The notes beneath the pieces are model-generated. The model did no database searches. It was not told where the DNA came from and worked only from the letters and a program-made list of their open reading frames with translations. From the NCBI GenBank assembly GCA_036399975.1, contig DASWLZ010000037.1:37900-101899 (forward strand): a stretch of DNA of 64,000 nucleotides, given 5' to 3'. The stretch comes from Allosphingosinicella sp. (GTDB lineage Bacteria; Pseudomonadota; Alphaproteobacteria; Sphingomonadales; Sphingomonadaceae). Every line of letters starts with the position of its first letter. Positions within the stretch are counted from its first letter, which is position 1. Below are positions 56,501-64,000 of this stretch, one piece after another. The translations under genes were made by a program, and so were the position numbers.

Positions 56501-56562
56501 GACATGGCGGCAAAGGCGGCTCCGGAAAACAGGACCGTTTTCAACGATTTGCGACAAAACAT
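53539..56562 (-). CDS. TonB-dependent receptor
   Basis: Signal peptide, IVVTGTRI box, RTLVLLDGRR, VVTGGASATYGSDAV.GVVNFI, SRDIRAPNL.ELF. Confidence 0.93.
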   Translation of the reverse strand: MFCRKSLKTVLFSGAAFAAMSIAGPAIAQTAPVEEEPAPAAAAAPEAEAAAGDVQNREDIVVTGTRIVRDGYQAPTPLTVLTREDIDNTSPSNNIADFVNQLPSLAGSTRPSNSRLNLSSGQAGINALNLRNLGEVRTLVLLDGRRSVASTITGLVDVNTIPQLLIDRVEVVTGGASATYGSDAVGGVVNFILDKKYEGLKIQADSGITTYGDGFNYSFGAAGGLSFAGGRGHLLLSAEIAHRDGIFDTTDRDWNHTGYVRIQDPAWVSGVSTTPRYLIRTQVGAANSTPGGLITGSTGGLANRLRGLYFAQGGQIFQYQYGALTFPSPTGAAAPTLTQGGDWRINDSGRRIGLDPEDDRHGAFGRLSFEVSDGIELFAEASYNWQEVLFNAGPNLATGITYQADNAFLINAFNASGRSLAGINTVTVATTAADLPFRAANNRRKVQRYVIGAQGDFEAFGERANWDVYAQYGRADLREQLRNIMHTARINAATDAVFSVPGNTSSAIVCRINADANPNNNDPNCVPLNRLGLGVANPAAIDYVLGDPYRDEVVEQTVAGANFSFSPFATWAGDVSIAIGGEYREEKIKGFVPTEFQPVVSTNAAGQLVTANAWSVGNYLPTNGRYDVKEAYFETVVPLGFGLEFNGAVRATDYSSSGFVTTWRAGATWQPIEDIRLRVTRSRDIRAPNLNELFQAGTANSDAVSNPFFPGVGPLGNTYGASISYSQNATGNPNLSVEKADSWNIGGVISPRFLPGFSASVDYFRIEMEDVIDILTAQNIINFCQQGNQDFCDAITQDPNNASRVLFRNQPFNFASKLVRGIDFEASYRRRLSDLFSRAGNGSFTLRGLATHYIDNITDFGIPGQIPLDAAGINGGQYSTPSWIFRVSAGYDTPTYSITAVGRGVSAGKYTAGGVECQTNCPTGRPPAIETQFPTYEDLDVKGTFYVDLNATVKFGAMGGDGEFFFNVTNLFNKGALLLPETGLAANSTFSDLLGRTFRAGIRLQLR

Positions 56563-56790
56563 GTGAAATCCCCCTGAAGCCCGCATTTGCTGCGTGATTA
56601 GCTGACATTAAGTAGCAACATAGGCCCGGCCCGGCATAGTTTCTCTTCGCCCAGCCATAACCTCTCGCCATCGTTCGGGCACGATTGCCGCACCACCGTG
56701 GCCCGGCGGCAACAGCGGCGGGCGCGCCGGCCTTTGAGGGCTGCGCCGGCGCATCCTTCGCGAACCCTCTTCGGCCGCAGGCCAACTTAT

Positions 56791-56944
56791 TTTCAACGCA
56801 ACGACGCAACGATGTCGTGCCGCTCCCCGATGCCATGCGGTTTTTGCATGCTCCCCAAGGTTCTCCATAGTGGCAGCCCACTGAGGGTGAGTTTTTGGCG
56901 ATTCCTTTGAAGAGCTGCTGCCTCGTTGCGTCGTTGCGTTGAAA
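56791..56944. repeat. 154-bp element bounded by perfect 22-bp inverted repeats
   Basis: TTTCAACGCAACGACGCAACGA (56791-56812) / TCGTTGCGTCGTTGCGTTGAAA (56923-56944). Confidence 0.75.
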
Positions 56945-56987
56945 TCTGAAGGTCGCGGCGCCTGCGGCTTCGCGACGAGAGAGGGCC

Positions 56988-57374
56988 ATGTCCGACCTTG
57001 AAGAGCTGGCGGCGCAAGCTATCGAATTCGGCTTCGCGATTCACCGCGACCTCGGCCCCGGCCTGCTGGAATCCTGCTACGAGGTGTTGCTCGCTGCAAG
57101 CCTCGCTCGCTCCGGCTTGGCCGTCGAGCGACAAAAGGCGATCGATATCGAATATAATGGTATCTCCGTGCGCGAGGCATTCCGGGCCGATCTTCTCGTC
57201 GAGCAACGCCTCGTCATTGAAGTCAAAGCGGTCGAACGGCTTGCACCCATTCATTCGTGCCAGGTCTGGACCTATCTCAAGCTCCTCGATCTGCCGCTGG
57301 GCCTGGTCATGAACTTCGGCGGGGGGACCTTCAGGGAGGGGCTGAAGCGGGTCGCGAATATGCGCCGAGATTGA
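56988..57374 (+). CDS. GxxExxY protein (PD-(D/E)XK nuclease-like)
   Basis: IH..LGPGLLESCYE, RADLLVE...IEVK, Q..TYLK....GL..NF. Confidence 0.9.
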   Translation: MSDLEELAAQAIEFGFAIHRDLGPGLLESCYEVLLAASLARSGLAVERQKAIDIEYNGISVREAFRADLLVEQRLVIEVKAVERLAPIHSCQVWTYLKLLDLPLGLVMNFGGGTFREGLKRVANMRRD

Positions 57375-57407
57375 CTGTTGAGCGTTCGCGGTGAAGCTTC
57401 GCGCGCA

Positions 57408-58958
57408 ATGAGCGAGGCCGCAGCCCCCCCTCCCCCGGCCGTGCGCCCCGGCTTCGGCCGGATGGCGCTCTACGTCCTGCTCGGCTTCTCCGCCGGGCTG
57501 CCTTTCTACATGTTCTCGACCGTGCTCGCGCTGAGGCTTCAGGCGCATGGCGTGGTGCTGGTGGTGATCGGCTTCTTCGCCTGGGTGCAGCTGCTGCCCA
57601 CCTTCAAGTTCCTGTGGGCGCCGCTTCTCGACCGCTACGACGTGCCCGGCTTCGCCCGCTTCTGGGGCAAGAGGCGCGGCTGGATCATGCTGTCCCAGCT
57701 AGGCATCTTCAGCTCGATGACGGCGATGGCCCTGACCTCGTCGGACCATAATCTCGCCGTCACCGCCTTGTTCGCCGTGCTTCTCGCCTTCTGGACCACC
57801 ACCCTGGAGGTCGCCGCCGACGCCTGGCGGATCGAGCTCGCGCCGACCCAGGACGAGCAGGGGCCGATCGCCGCCGCCAATCTCTGGGGCTACCGGACCG
57901 CCATGGTCGCGGCCGGGAGCGGAGCCCTGCTGGTCGCCGACCCATCCGGCAAGGCCGCGCCTTTCCTGGCCGGCCTGGGGATCGAGGCCGGGTGGACGAC
58001 GGCCTATCTCTTGATCGCCGCGGCGGCCTTCGTCCCGCTGCCCATCCTCGCGGCGCTTCCGCCCGACCCGCAGCGGAGCGGCGGCGGGCGCCTGTCCGCG
58101 CTGGCGTCGGGGCTCGGGGCCAGCGCCGCGATTCTCGCGGCGACTCTGGCCGTGACCGCGGCGGCCGGCTGGCTGATCCTCCGCACCGCCACCGGCGCCG
58201 GGATCGACAGCGAGACCAACGTCACGCCCTGGGTGCTCGCCATCTGCATGATCCCCTTCCTGATCATGGCCGCGGCGCTCCCCAGGATCAAAAAGGCGGC
58301 TCCGGGCTCGGCGATCCGCCGGTCGGCCGCGATCGGCCCCTATGTCGACTTCTTCTGGCGCTACGGCTTCGGCGCGCTCGTCGTCATGGCCTTCGTCTCC
58401 CTCTACCGGATGGGCGACGTGCTCGCGCTCAACCTGTCCAAGCCGATGATCAAGGGCCTGGGCTATTCGCTCGACCAGATCGGCTATGCCGACAGCCTCG
58501 TGGCGCTCGGATCGAGCATCCTTGGAGTCGGGCTCGGCGGGCTGATGGTGGTGCGCTGGCGCCTGTCGATCGCCCTGACCGTCGGCGCCTTTTTCGCGGC
58601 GCTGGGGAATTTCGGGTTCGTCTGGCTCGCCAACCGGAGCGTCGACGTGACCTCGCTCTACCTTGCGACCGCGGCCGACCAGTTCGGCAACGGCATGGCG
58701 GGGACGGTGTTCGTCGTCTATCTCTCGATGCTCGTGAACCCCCGCTTCGCGGGCGCGCAATATGCCTTCCTCTCGGCCTTCGCCTTCATGCTGCCCCGGC
58801 TGCTCTCAGGGGCGGGGGGAGCGATCGTCAAGAGCCTCGACGAAGCGGGATTCGACGGCTTCGACCTCTTCTTCGCCCTCTCCGGGGCGCTCAGCCTCGC
58901 GGCCATCCTGTTCCTTCCGCTGCTGTCGCGGATCAGGCCGAGGGCGGAGGAGAGATGA
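57408..58958 (+). CDS. ampG: AmpG-like muropeptide MFS permease
   Basis: LGFSAGLPF, KFLWAPLLD, RRGW...SQ, DAWRIE, YRMGD, QYA. Confidence 0.82.
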   Translation: MSEAAAPPPPAVRPGFGRMALYVLLGFSAGLPFYMFSTVLALRLQAHGVVLVVIGFFAWVQLLPTFKFLWAPLLDRYDVPGFARFWGKRRGWIMLSQLGIFSSMTAMALTSSDHNLAVTALFAVLLAFWTTTLEVAADAWRIELAPTQDEQGPIAAANLWGYRTAMVAAGSGALLVADPSGKAAPFLAGLGIEAGWTTAYLLIAAAAFVPLPILAALPPDPQRSGGGRLSALASGLGASAAILAATLAVTAAAGWLILRTATGAGIDSETNVTPWVLAICMIPFLIMAAALPRIKKAAPGSAIRRSAAIGPYVDFFWRYGFGALVVMAFVSLYRMGDVLALNLSKPMIKGLGYSLDQIGYADSLVALGSSILGVGLGGLMVVRWRLSIALTVGAFFAALGNFGFVWLANRSVDVTSLYLATAADQFGNGMAGTVFVVYLSMLVNPRFAGAQYAFLSAFAFMLPRLLSGAGGAIVKSLDEAGFDGFDLFFALSGALSLAAILFLPLLSRIRPRAEER

Positions 58959-59956
58959 TCGACGCCGCCTTCGCTCCGGCCGCGGCGGCGGTCGCGGAAG
59001 GCCGGATCCCCGGCGCGGCCCTCGGGATCGTCGGCGTGGACGGCCGCAGGGCGATCGCGGTGGCGGGGATGGCGTCGCTCCTGCCCGAGCCGGAGCCGCT
59101 GACCGAGGCGCATTGGTTCGACCTCGCCTCGCTGACCAAGGTCATCGCCACCACCCAGATGGTCCTCCGGCTCGCCGGGGAAGGCCGGCTGGATCTCGAC
59201 CGGCCGCTCACCGACGCCATCCCCGACCTTCGCCAATATGACGTCGAGGGCGCGGCCGAGCGACGGCTGACCTTCCGCGACTGCCTCGCCCACCGCACCT
59301 TCCTCCCGGCGGTCGAGCCGGTCTACACCTACGGCAACGATCCCGCCCGGCTCCGGGCCTTCGTCCTCCAGCGCGAATGGCGCCGCGGCCCGCCCGTCTA
59401 TTCGGACATCAACTTCATCCTTCTTGGGATCGCGGTGGAGCGGATCACCGGGGCGCCGCTCTCGGCCTGGCCGCTCCCGCAGGGGCTGAGCTACAGCCCG
59501 CCGCCCGGCCCCGCCATCGCGACGGAGCAATGCTCCTGGCGGGGGCGCCTGATCCGCGGCGAGGTCCATGACGAGAATGCCTCGGCGCTCGGCGGAGCGG
59601 CCGGCCATGCCGGTCTGTTCGGGACGGTGGCGGGCGTGCTCGACTTCGCCGGGGGCCTGCTCGACGGCACCGGCGCCTCACCCGCCATGATCGAGGCGAT
59701 CCGCATTCCGGTCCGCGACGAGCGGACCTGCGGCTGGGAGAGCCGCTTCGACGGCTGGCACGGCGGTGATGGCTGCTCGGCCGCGACGATCGGCCATACC
59801 GGCTTCACCGGCACCGGCCTGTGGGTCGATTTCGACAACGGGCTTGCCTGGACCCTGCTCACCAACCGCGTCCATCCGACCCGGCATCGCGAAACCGGCA
59901 TCGCGGAGCTGCGCCGCGCGACGGGGGAAGCGGTGATCAGGGCGTGGCGCGGGTGA
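58955..59956 (+). CDS. Serine hydrolase (beta-lactamase/PBP-like family)
   Basis: FDLASLTK, YSD, VHDENA, GHAGLF, GHTGFTG; ATGA coupling. Confidence 0.85.
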   Translation: MIDAAFAPAAAAVAEGRIPGAALGIVGVDGRRAIAVAGMASLLPEPEPLTEAHWFDLASLTKVIATTQMVLRLAGEGRLDLDRPLTDAIPDLRQYDVEGAAERRLTFRDCLAHRTFLPAVEPVYTYGNDPARLRAFVLQREWRRGPPVYSDINFILLGIAVERITGAPLSAWPLPQGLSYSPPPGPAIATEQCSWRGRLIRGEVHDENASALGGAAGHAGLFGTVAGVLDFAGGLLDGTGASPAMIEAIRIPVRDERTCGWESRFDGWHGGDGCSAATIGHTGFTGTGLWVDFDNGLAWTLLTNRVHPTRHRETGIAELRRATGEAVIRAWRG

Positions 59957-59958
59957 AG

Positions 59959-60085
59959 CTCCTCCCCTCCCTGGAAGGGAGGGGCTGGGGGTGGGTCCGC
60001 CGAAGGCGGCCGAAACTCGGAATCAGCAGGAAGGCTCGCTACGCTCGCCTAACCACCCCTGGCCCCTCCCTTCCAGGGAGGGGAA
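59959..60085. repeat. CIR/REP-like palindromic element between convergent genes
   Basis: CCCCTCCCTGGAAGGGAGGGG ... CCCCTCCCTTCCAGGGAGGGG, central GAATC. Confidence 0.78.
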
Positions 60086-60100
60086 TGAGCAAGGCCCGCC

Positions 60101-61561
60101 CTAGTAGGCCTCAGCGATCATCACGAGCGCCGCGTCCATCGCGTCGGTCGCCCTGACGCCCTCGGGAATGTCGTTCGCATAAGCCGAGAACAGCAAAGTC
60201 CGCCCGCTCCTCGCGGTCATGTAGCCGGACAGCGCGGCGCTGGCGTTGAGGGTCCCCGTCTTGGCGAAGATCCGCTTCTCGAGCGCGGTGCCCTTGAAGC
60301 GCCTCGCCAGGGTGCCGTCGACTCCGCCGACCGGAAGCCCGGCGCGCCACGCCTCCCCCCAGGGCTGGCTCGCGGCCCAGCGCAGGAAGACGACCATGCC
60401 GCGGGGCGCGACCCGGTTGTAGGTCGACATTCCGGACCCGTCCGAGAAATCGTAGGCCGAGCGCGGCACTCCGGCTCTCTCCAGCATGGCGCGCACGGCG
60501 GCGAGGCCGTCGGCGATCGAGCCGGTCCCCTCCTGGCGGCCGACCCGGCGCAGGAGCAGCTCGGCGTGGAGGTTCTGGCTCACTTTGTTGGTGAGGGCGA
60601 CGTCCTCGCCGAGCGGCGGCGGAGTCAGGCGGGCCAACGCCTCCGTCTCGGGCGGCCGGGGCGGCGGCGCGCCCTTTCGAGCTTCAGGGTCGTCCCACGG
60701 CCTCGGCGGCCGGTGGCGCGCGTCGACCCGCCCCGTCACCCGGACCCCGCGCGCCTCCAGCAGCGCCTTGAGCCGCCACGCCGAATAATGAGCCGGATCG
60801 TCGATGCCGAGACGCAGAAGCTCGGGCTCGCCGCCCGCCGCGATCGTTCCGGTGAGGCGCACGACATGGCTGCCCGGAAGCCGGTCGTGCTCGAGCTCGG
60901 TCGCTCCCCCCGCGGCGACCGTCACCGCCCGGTTGTCGACGATGTAGTAAGGCGGCAGCTCGAGCCTCGGCGGCTGGCCCGGTGCGGCAGGGAAGACGCG
61001 AAGATGCAGCTCGTTATCGTCGAGGCTCAGAGCGGAGGTCGCGGTGCCGGAGCGGGTCGGGATGTTGTTCCAGCTCATCCCCGGGCTCCAGCGCTGGTCC
61101 GGGAAGTGGCTGTCGTCGCCGATCACGTCGCCCACCCGGCGGGCCCTGGCGGCGACGGCGTCGGCGAGCTCGGCGAGGCAGTTGCGGGCGCAGTCGGGGC
61201 TGCTCGACAGGCGGGCGTCGCCCCGGCCCTCCAGAACCACGTCCGGCACTCCCTTCCCGCCCGCCTCCAGCCGGACCGCGGCGCCGCCGGCCGAGTCCGG
61301 CGCGTCCAGCCCGTCAAGCGTCGCGAAAGCGGCGGCGGTGGTGAACATCTTGGTGTTGGACGCCGGAATGAAGCGGGAGTCCGGGGCGATGGCGATCAGC
61401 TCGCGGCCGTCCTCAGTGGCGACGACGAGGCCGAAACGGGTGCCGGGGCCGGCTTCGTTGAGCCTGGCCTCGACTTGTCGCTGGAGGGGCGGCCCGTCGG
61501 CGGCCGCGAGAGGCGCCGCGGCGAGCGCCAGGCTCAAGGTCAAGGCCCGAAAGGTCAGCAT
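60101..61561 (-). CDS. dacB: D-alanyl-D-alanine carboxypeptidase/endopeptidase (PBP4, peptidase S13)
   Basis: PASNTK (SxxK), SQN (SxN), DGSG, AKTG; signal peptide. Confidence 0.9.
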   Translation of the reverse strand: MLTFRALTLSLALAAAPLAAADGPPLQRQVEARLNEAGPGTRFGLVVATEDGRELIAIAPDSRFIPASNTKMFTTAAAFATLDGLDAPDSAGGAAVRLEAGGKGVPDVVLEGRGDARLSSSPDCARNCLAELADAVAARARRVGDVIGDDSHFPDQRWSPGMSWNNIPTRSGTATSALSLDDNELHLRVFPAAPGQPPRLELPPYYIVDNRAVTVAAGGATELEHDRLPGSHVVRLTGTIAAGGEPELLRLGIDDPAHYSAWRLKALLEARGVRVTGRVDARHRPPRPWDDPEARKGAPPPRPPETEALARLTPPPLGEDVALTNKVSQNLHAELLLRRVGRQEGTGSIADGLAAVRAMLERAGVPRSAYDFSDGSGMSTYNRVAPRGMVVFLRWAASQPWGEAWRAGLPVGGVDGTLARRFKGTALEKRIFAKTGTLNASAALSGYMTARSGRTLLFSAYANDIPEGVRATDAMDAALVMIAEAY

Positions 61562-61711
61562 CCGTTCCCCCATTCGCGACGACCCTAGAGCCAAAGCCGG
61601 GCGGGGCAATGCTCCTCGACTCATTCAGAGGGTTCCAGCGGCCATAACCCCCGCGCATGGCGGAGGCCGTCGCGCTTGTCGGGGGCGGATGGTGGCTTCA
61701 AAAGGGGTCGG

Positions 61712-63766
61712 ATGATCTTGTTGCGACGGTTTCTTCTTGGGCTCTGGGCAGCCGGGCTCATGCTCGGGCCGGTCTTGGCCTACGCTCCGGAGCGGTCCGA
61801 CCCGCTTGCCGCGGCGCTCGCCCTCCCCATCGCCGGCGAACTCGTCGGGGCTCGCGATGCGCCGCGCTTCGCCTGGGTGGAGAGCGCGGCGGGGGTGCGC
61901 AACCTGTGGTTCGCCGAGCGCGGCCGTGCGGCCCGAGCGCTGACCGCCTTCACCGGGGACGACGGCCAGCAGCTCTACGACGTTGAGCTGAGCGCCGACG
62001 GCTCCAGCCTTGCCTTCGTCCGCGGCGGCGACCCCGATTCCCGAGACGATCCGCCTCCCAACGCCGCCTCCCTGGCCGAGCCGCCGAGGCAGCAGATATT
62101 CGTCGCGGCGACGGCCGGGGGCGAGCCGCAGCGGATCGGCGACGGCCATTCGCCGACCTTCTCGCCCGACGGCGGGCGGCTGGCCTATACCCGGCGCGGC
62201 GAGATTTGGCTTTGGGAGCGCGGCGCCGAGGCGCGCAAGCTCGCGTCGGCCGGAGGCGAGATCCGGCGGCTGCAATGGTCGCCCGACGGCACCCGCCTCC
62301 TCTTCGTCAGCCATCGCGGCGAGTACAGCTTCGTCGCCCTGCTCGATCCGGCCGAGCCCCGGATCCGCTTCCTCGACCCCGGCCTCGGCTTCTCGGTCGA
62401 GCCGGTCTTCTCGCCCGACGGCCGCAAGGTCGCCTTCATCCGCCATTTCGACGCCCCGGCCGGGGCCGCGCCCGAGAGCGGGCCGTACTGGTCGCTCCGG
62501 GTCGTGGACGTGGCCGGCGGAGCGGCGCGCGAGCTTTGGGCGCCGCCGCAGGGCCCCGGCGCCCGCTATTACGAATCCCGAGGCCGCGATCTGTTCTGGA
62601 GCAGGGACGGCCACCTGGTCTTCCCCTGGGAGCGAAGCGGCTGGCTCCACCCCTACGCGATCGACGCCGCCAAGGGCGGAAGCCCGAAGGACCTGACGCC
62701 CGGGGCCTTCGAGGTCGAGATGTTCCTGCTCGGCGCCGACGGCCGCTCCCTGATCTGGGCCGGCAACGAGGGGGACCTCAACCGCCGGCACGTCTGGCGG
62801 CGCCCGCTCGCCGGCGGACCCCCTGAGCGGGTGACCGGCGGGAGCGGGATCGAGACCGCGCCCGTCCTCGGCGGCACCTCGGTGGCCGTGATCGCGACGG
62901 ACGTCTCACGCCCGGCCCACGTCGCGCTGGCCGAGCGCACCCTTCGGCCGCTCAAGCCCGTGCCCTCGGCCCGCGGCTTCGTCACTCCGGAGCCGGTGCT
63001 GTTCCAGGCCGCCGACGGAGTGGAGGTTCACGGCCAGCTGTTCCGGGCGCGCGGCCCAGGGAAGCATCCGGCCGTGGTCTACGTCCATGGCGGGCCGCGC
63101 CGGCAGATGCTGCTCGGCTTCCACCCGTCGGCTTATTATTCCAACGCCTACGTCTTCAACCAGCATCTCGCCGCCCGGGGCTATCACGTCCTCGCGGTCA
63201 ATTACCGGAGCGGCACCGGCTACGGCCGGGCCTTCCGCGACGCCCCCGACCTGGCCCGAGGCGGCGCCTCCGAATATCGCGACGTGCTCGCCGCCGGCCG
63301 CTGGCTCGAAGCGCAGGGCGACGTCGATCCGTCGCGGATCGGCCTGTGGGGCGGAAGCTGGGGCGGCTATCTCACCGCCCTCGGCCTCGCCCGCGACAGC
63401 GACCTGTTCGCCGCCGGGGTGGATTTCCACGGCGTCCATTCGATGCTCCGCCCCGTCGCCAACAGCCTGTCTCCGGCGGCCCAGGAGGCGGCCCGCAAGC
63501 TTCAATGGGACTCCTCCCCGCTCGCGGCGATCGACCGGTGGCGCTCGCCGGTGCTCCTGATCCACGGCGACGACGACCGTAACGTCGACTTCGCCCAGTC
63601 CGTGATCCTCGGGCGGGAGCTGGCCGCGCGCCGGATCCCCTTCCGCGAGCTCGTCTTCCCGAACGAGCGCCATTCCTTCCTCCTCCATTCGAACTGGCTC
63701 ACGGGTTTCCGGGCCGCCGACGCCTTCCTCGAGAAGGAGCTGGTGAGGAAAGCGCCGCGCCGATGA
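61712..63766 (+). CDS. S9 family (prolyl oligopeptidase-like) peptidase
   Basis: Signal peptide, repeated SPDG propeller blades, HGGP, GGSWGG nucleophile, DD.NV, E.H. Confidence 0.9.
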   Translation: MILLRRFLLGLWAAGLMLGPVLAYAPERSDPLAAALALPIAGELVGARDAPRFAWVESAAGVRNLWFAERGRAARALTAFTGDDGQQLYDVELSADGSSLAFVRGGDPDSRDDPPPNAASLAEPPRQQIFVAATAGGEPQRIGDGHSPTFSPDGGRLAYTRRGEIWLWERGAEARKLASAGGEIRRLQWSPDGTRLLFVSHRGEYSFVALLDPAEPRIRFLDPGLGFSVEPVFSPDGRKVAFIRHFDAPAGAAPESGPYWSLRVVDVAGGAARELWAPPQGPGARYYESRGRDLFWSRDGHLVFPWERSGWLHPYAIDAAKGGSPKDLTPGAFEVEMFLLGADGRSLIWAGNEGDLNRRHVWRRPLAGGPPERVTGGSGIETAPVLGGTSVAVIATDVSRPAHVALAERTLRPLKPVPSARGFVTPEPVLFQAADGVEVHGQLFRARGPGKHPAVVYVHGGPRRQMLLGFHPSAYYSNAYVFNQHLAARGYHVLAVNYRSGTGYGRAFRDAPDLARGGASEYRDVLAAGRWLEAQGDVDPSRIGLWGGSWGGYLTALGLARDSDLFAAGVDFHGVHSMLRPVANSLSPAAQEAARKLQWDSSPLAAIDRWRSPVLLIHGDDDRNVDFAQSVILGRELAARRIPFRELVFPNERHSFLLHSNWLTGFRAADAFLEKELVRKAPRR

Positions 63767-64000
63767 GCTGGGCGCGCGTCGCCGCCGCGCTCATCATCGC
63801 GCTGGCCGCGGCCGCCCCGGCGCAGGCTCGCGACATCCTGATCCGCGGCGGCCGCATCTTCGACGGGACCGGCGCTCCTGCCAGCGTCGGAAACGTCCTG
63901 GTCCGGGGCGACCGGATCGTCGCGGTCGGCCCGGCGGTGCGAGCGCCCCGCGGCGGCCGCACGGTGGACGCGCGCGGCCTCACCCTGATCCCCGGCCTCC
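63763..64000 (+). CDS. Amidohydrolase / N-acyl-D-amino-acid deacylase-like protein (5' part only)
   Basis: Not in the ORF track. ATGA-coupled; signal peptide then [16 protein letters not shown]....[11 protein letters not shown]...[10 protein letters not shown]. Confidence 0.75.
   Translation, partial: MSWARVAAALIIALAAAAPAQARDILIRGGRIFDGTGAPASVGNVLVRGDRIVAVGPAVRAPRGGRTVDARGLTLIPGL

Noticed and set aside
58955-59956. AmpC-type beta-lactamase
   Set aside because: YSD/HTG motifs and lack of a signal peptide fit esterase/peptidase members of the family

Overview
This is a high-GC alphaproteobacterial chromosomal window, sphingomonad/Caulobacter-like by gene content and repeat families (taxonomy is inferred). 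It has four blocks. (1) 1-12.4 kb is an accessory biosynthetic region: a SAM-methyltransferase / PLP-aminotransferase / phosphotransferase / dCTP-deaminase-like operon running off the left edge, a fused FAAL-ACP-thioester-reductase, a HAD hydrolase, a tandemly duplicated pair of membrane desaturases with probably leaderless promoters, and an ABC1/UbiB kinase. (2) 12.5-43.9 kb is a large pectin/galacturonate utilisation locus: PL10, two PL1, GH28, GH43, CE8, esterases, two TonB-dependent receptors, exuT, uxaC, uxaA, uxuB-like, kduI, kduD, kdgK and eda. It has a LacI (HumR-like) regulator and nine copies of a TGACACCGGTGTCA-type operator. (3) 44-52.1 kb is an orphan KAS III / SDR / MBL-hydrolase / ATP-grasp / GNAT-like / Rieske / F390-synthetase-like cluster, interrupted by a SeqA-like gene that is preceded by a perfect 30-bp palindrome and three GANTC sites. 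(4) 52.1-64 kb is a probable peptidoglycan-fragment uptake/recycling locus: lysA, TonB receptor, ampG, serine hydrolase, dacB, S9 peptidase and a D-aminoacylase-like gene. Many intergenic palindromic REP/CIR-like elements are present. No rRNA, tRNA, CRISPR array or transposase was seen. All protein calls come from motif recognition by eye, not from database searches.
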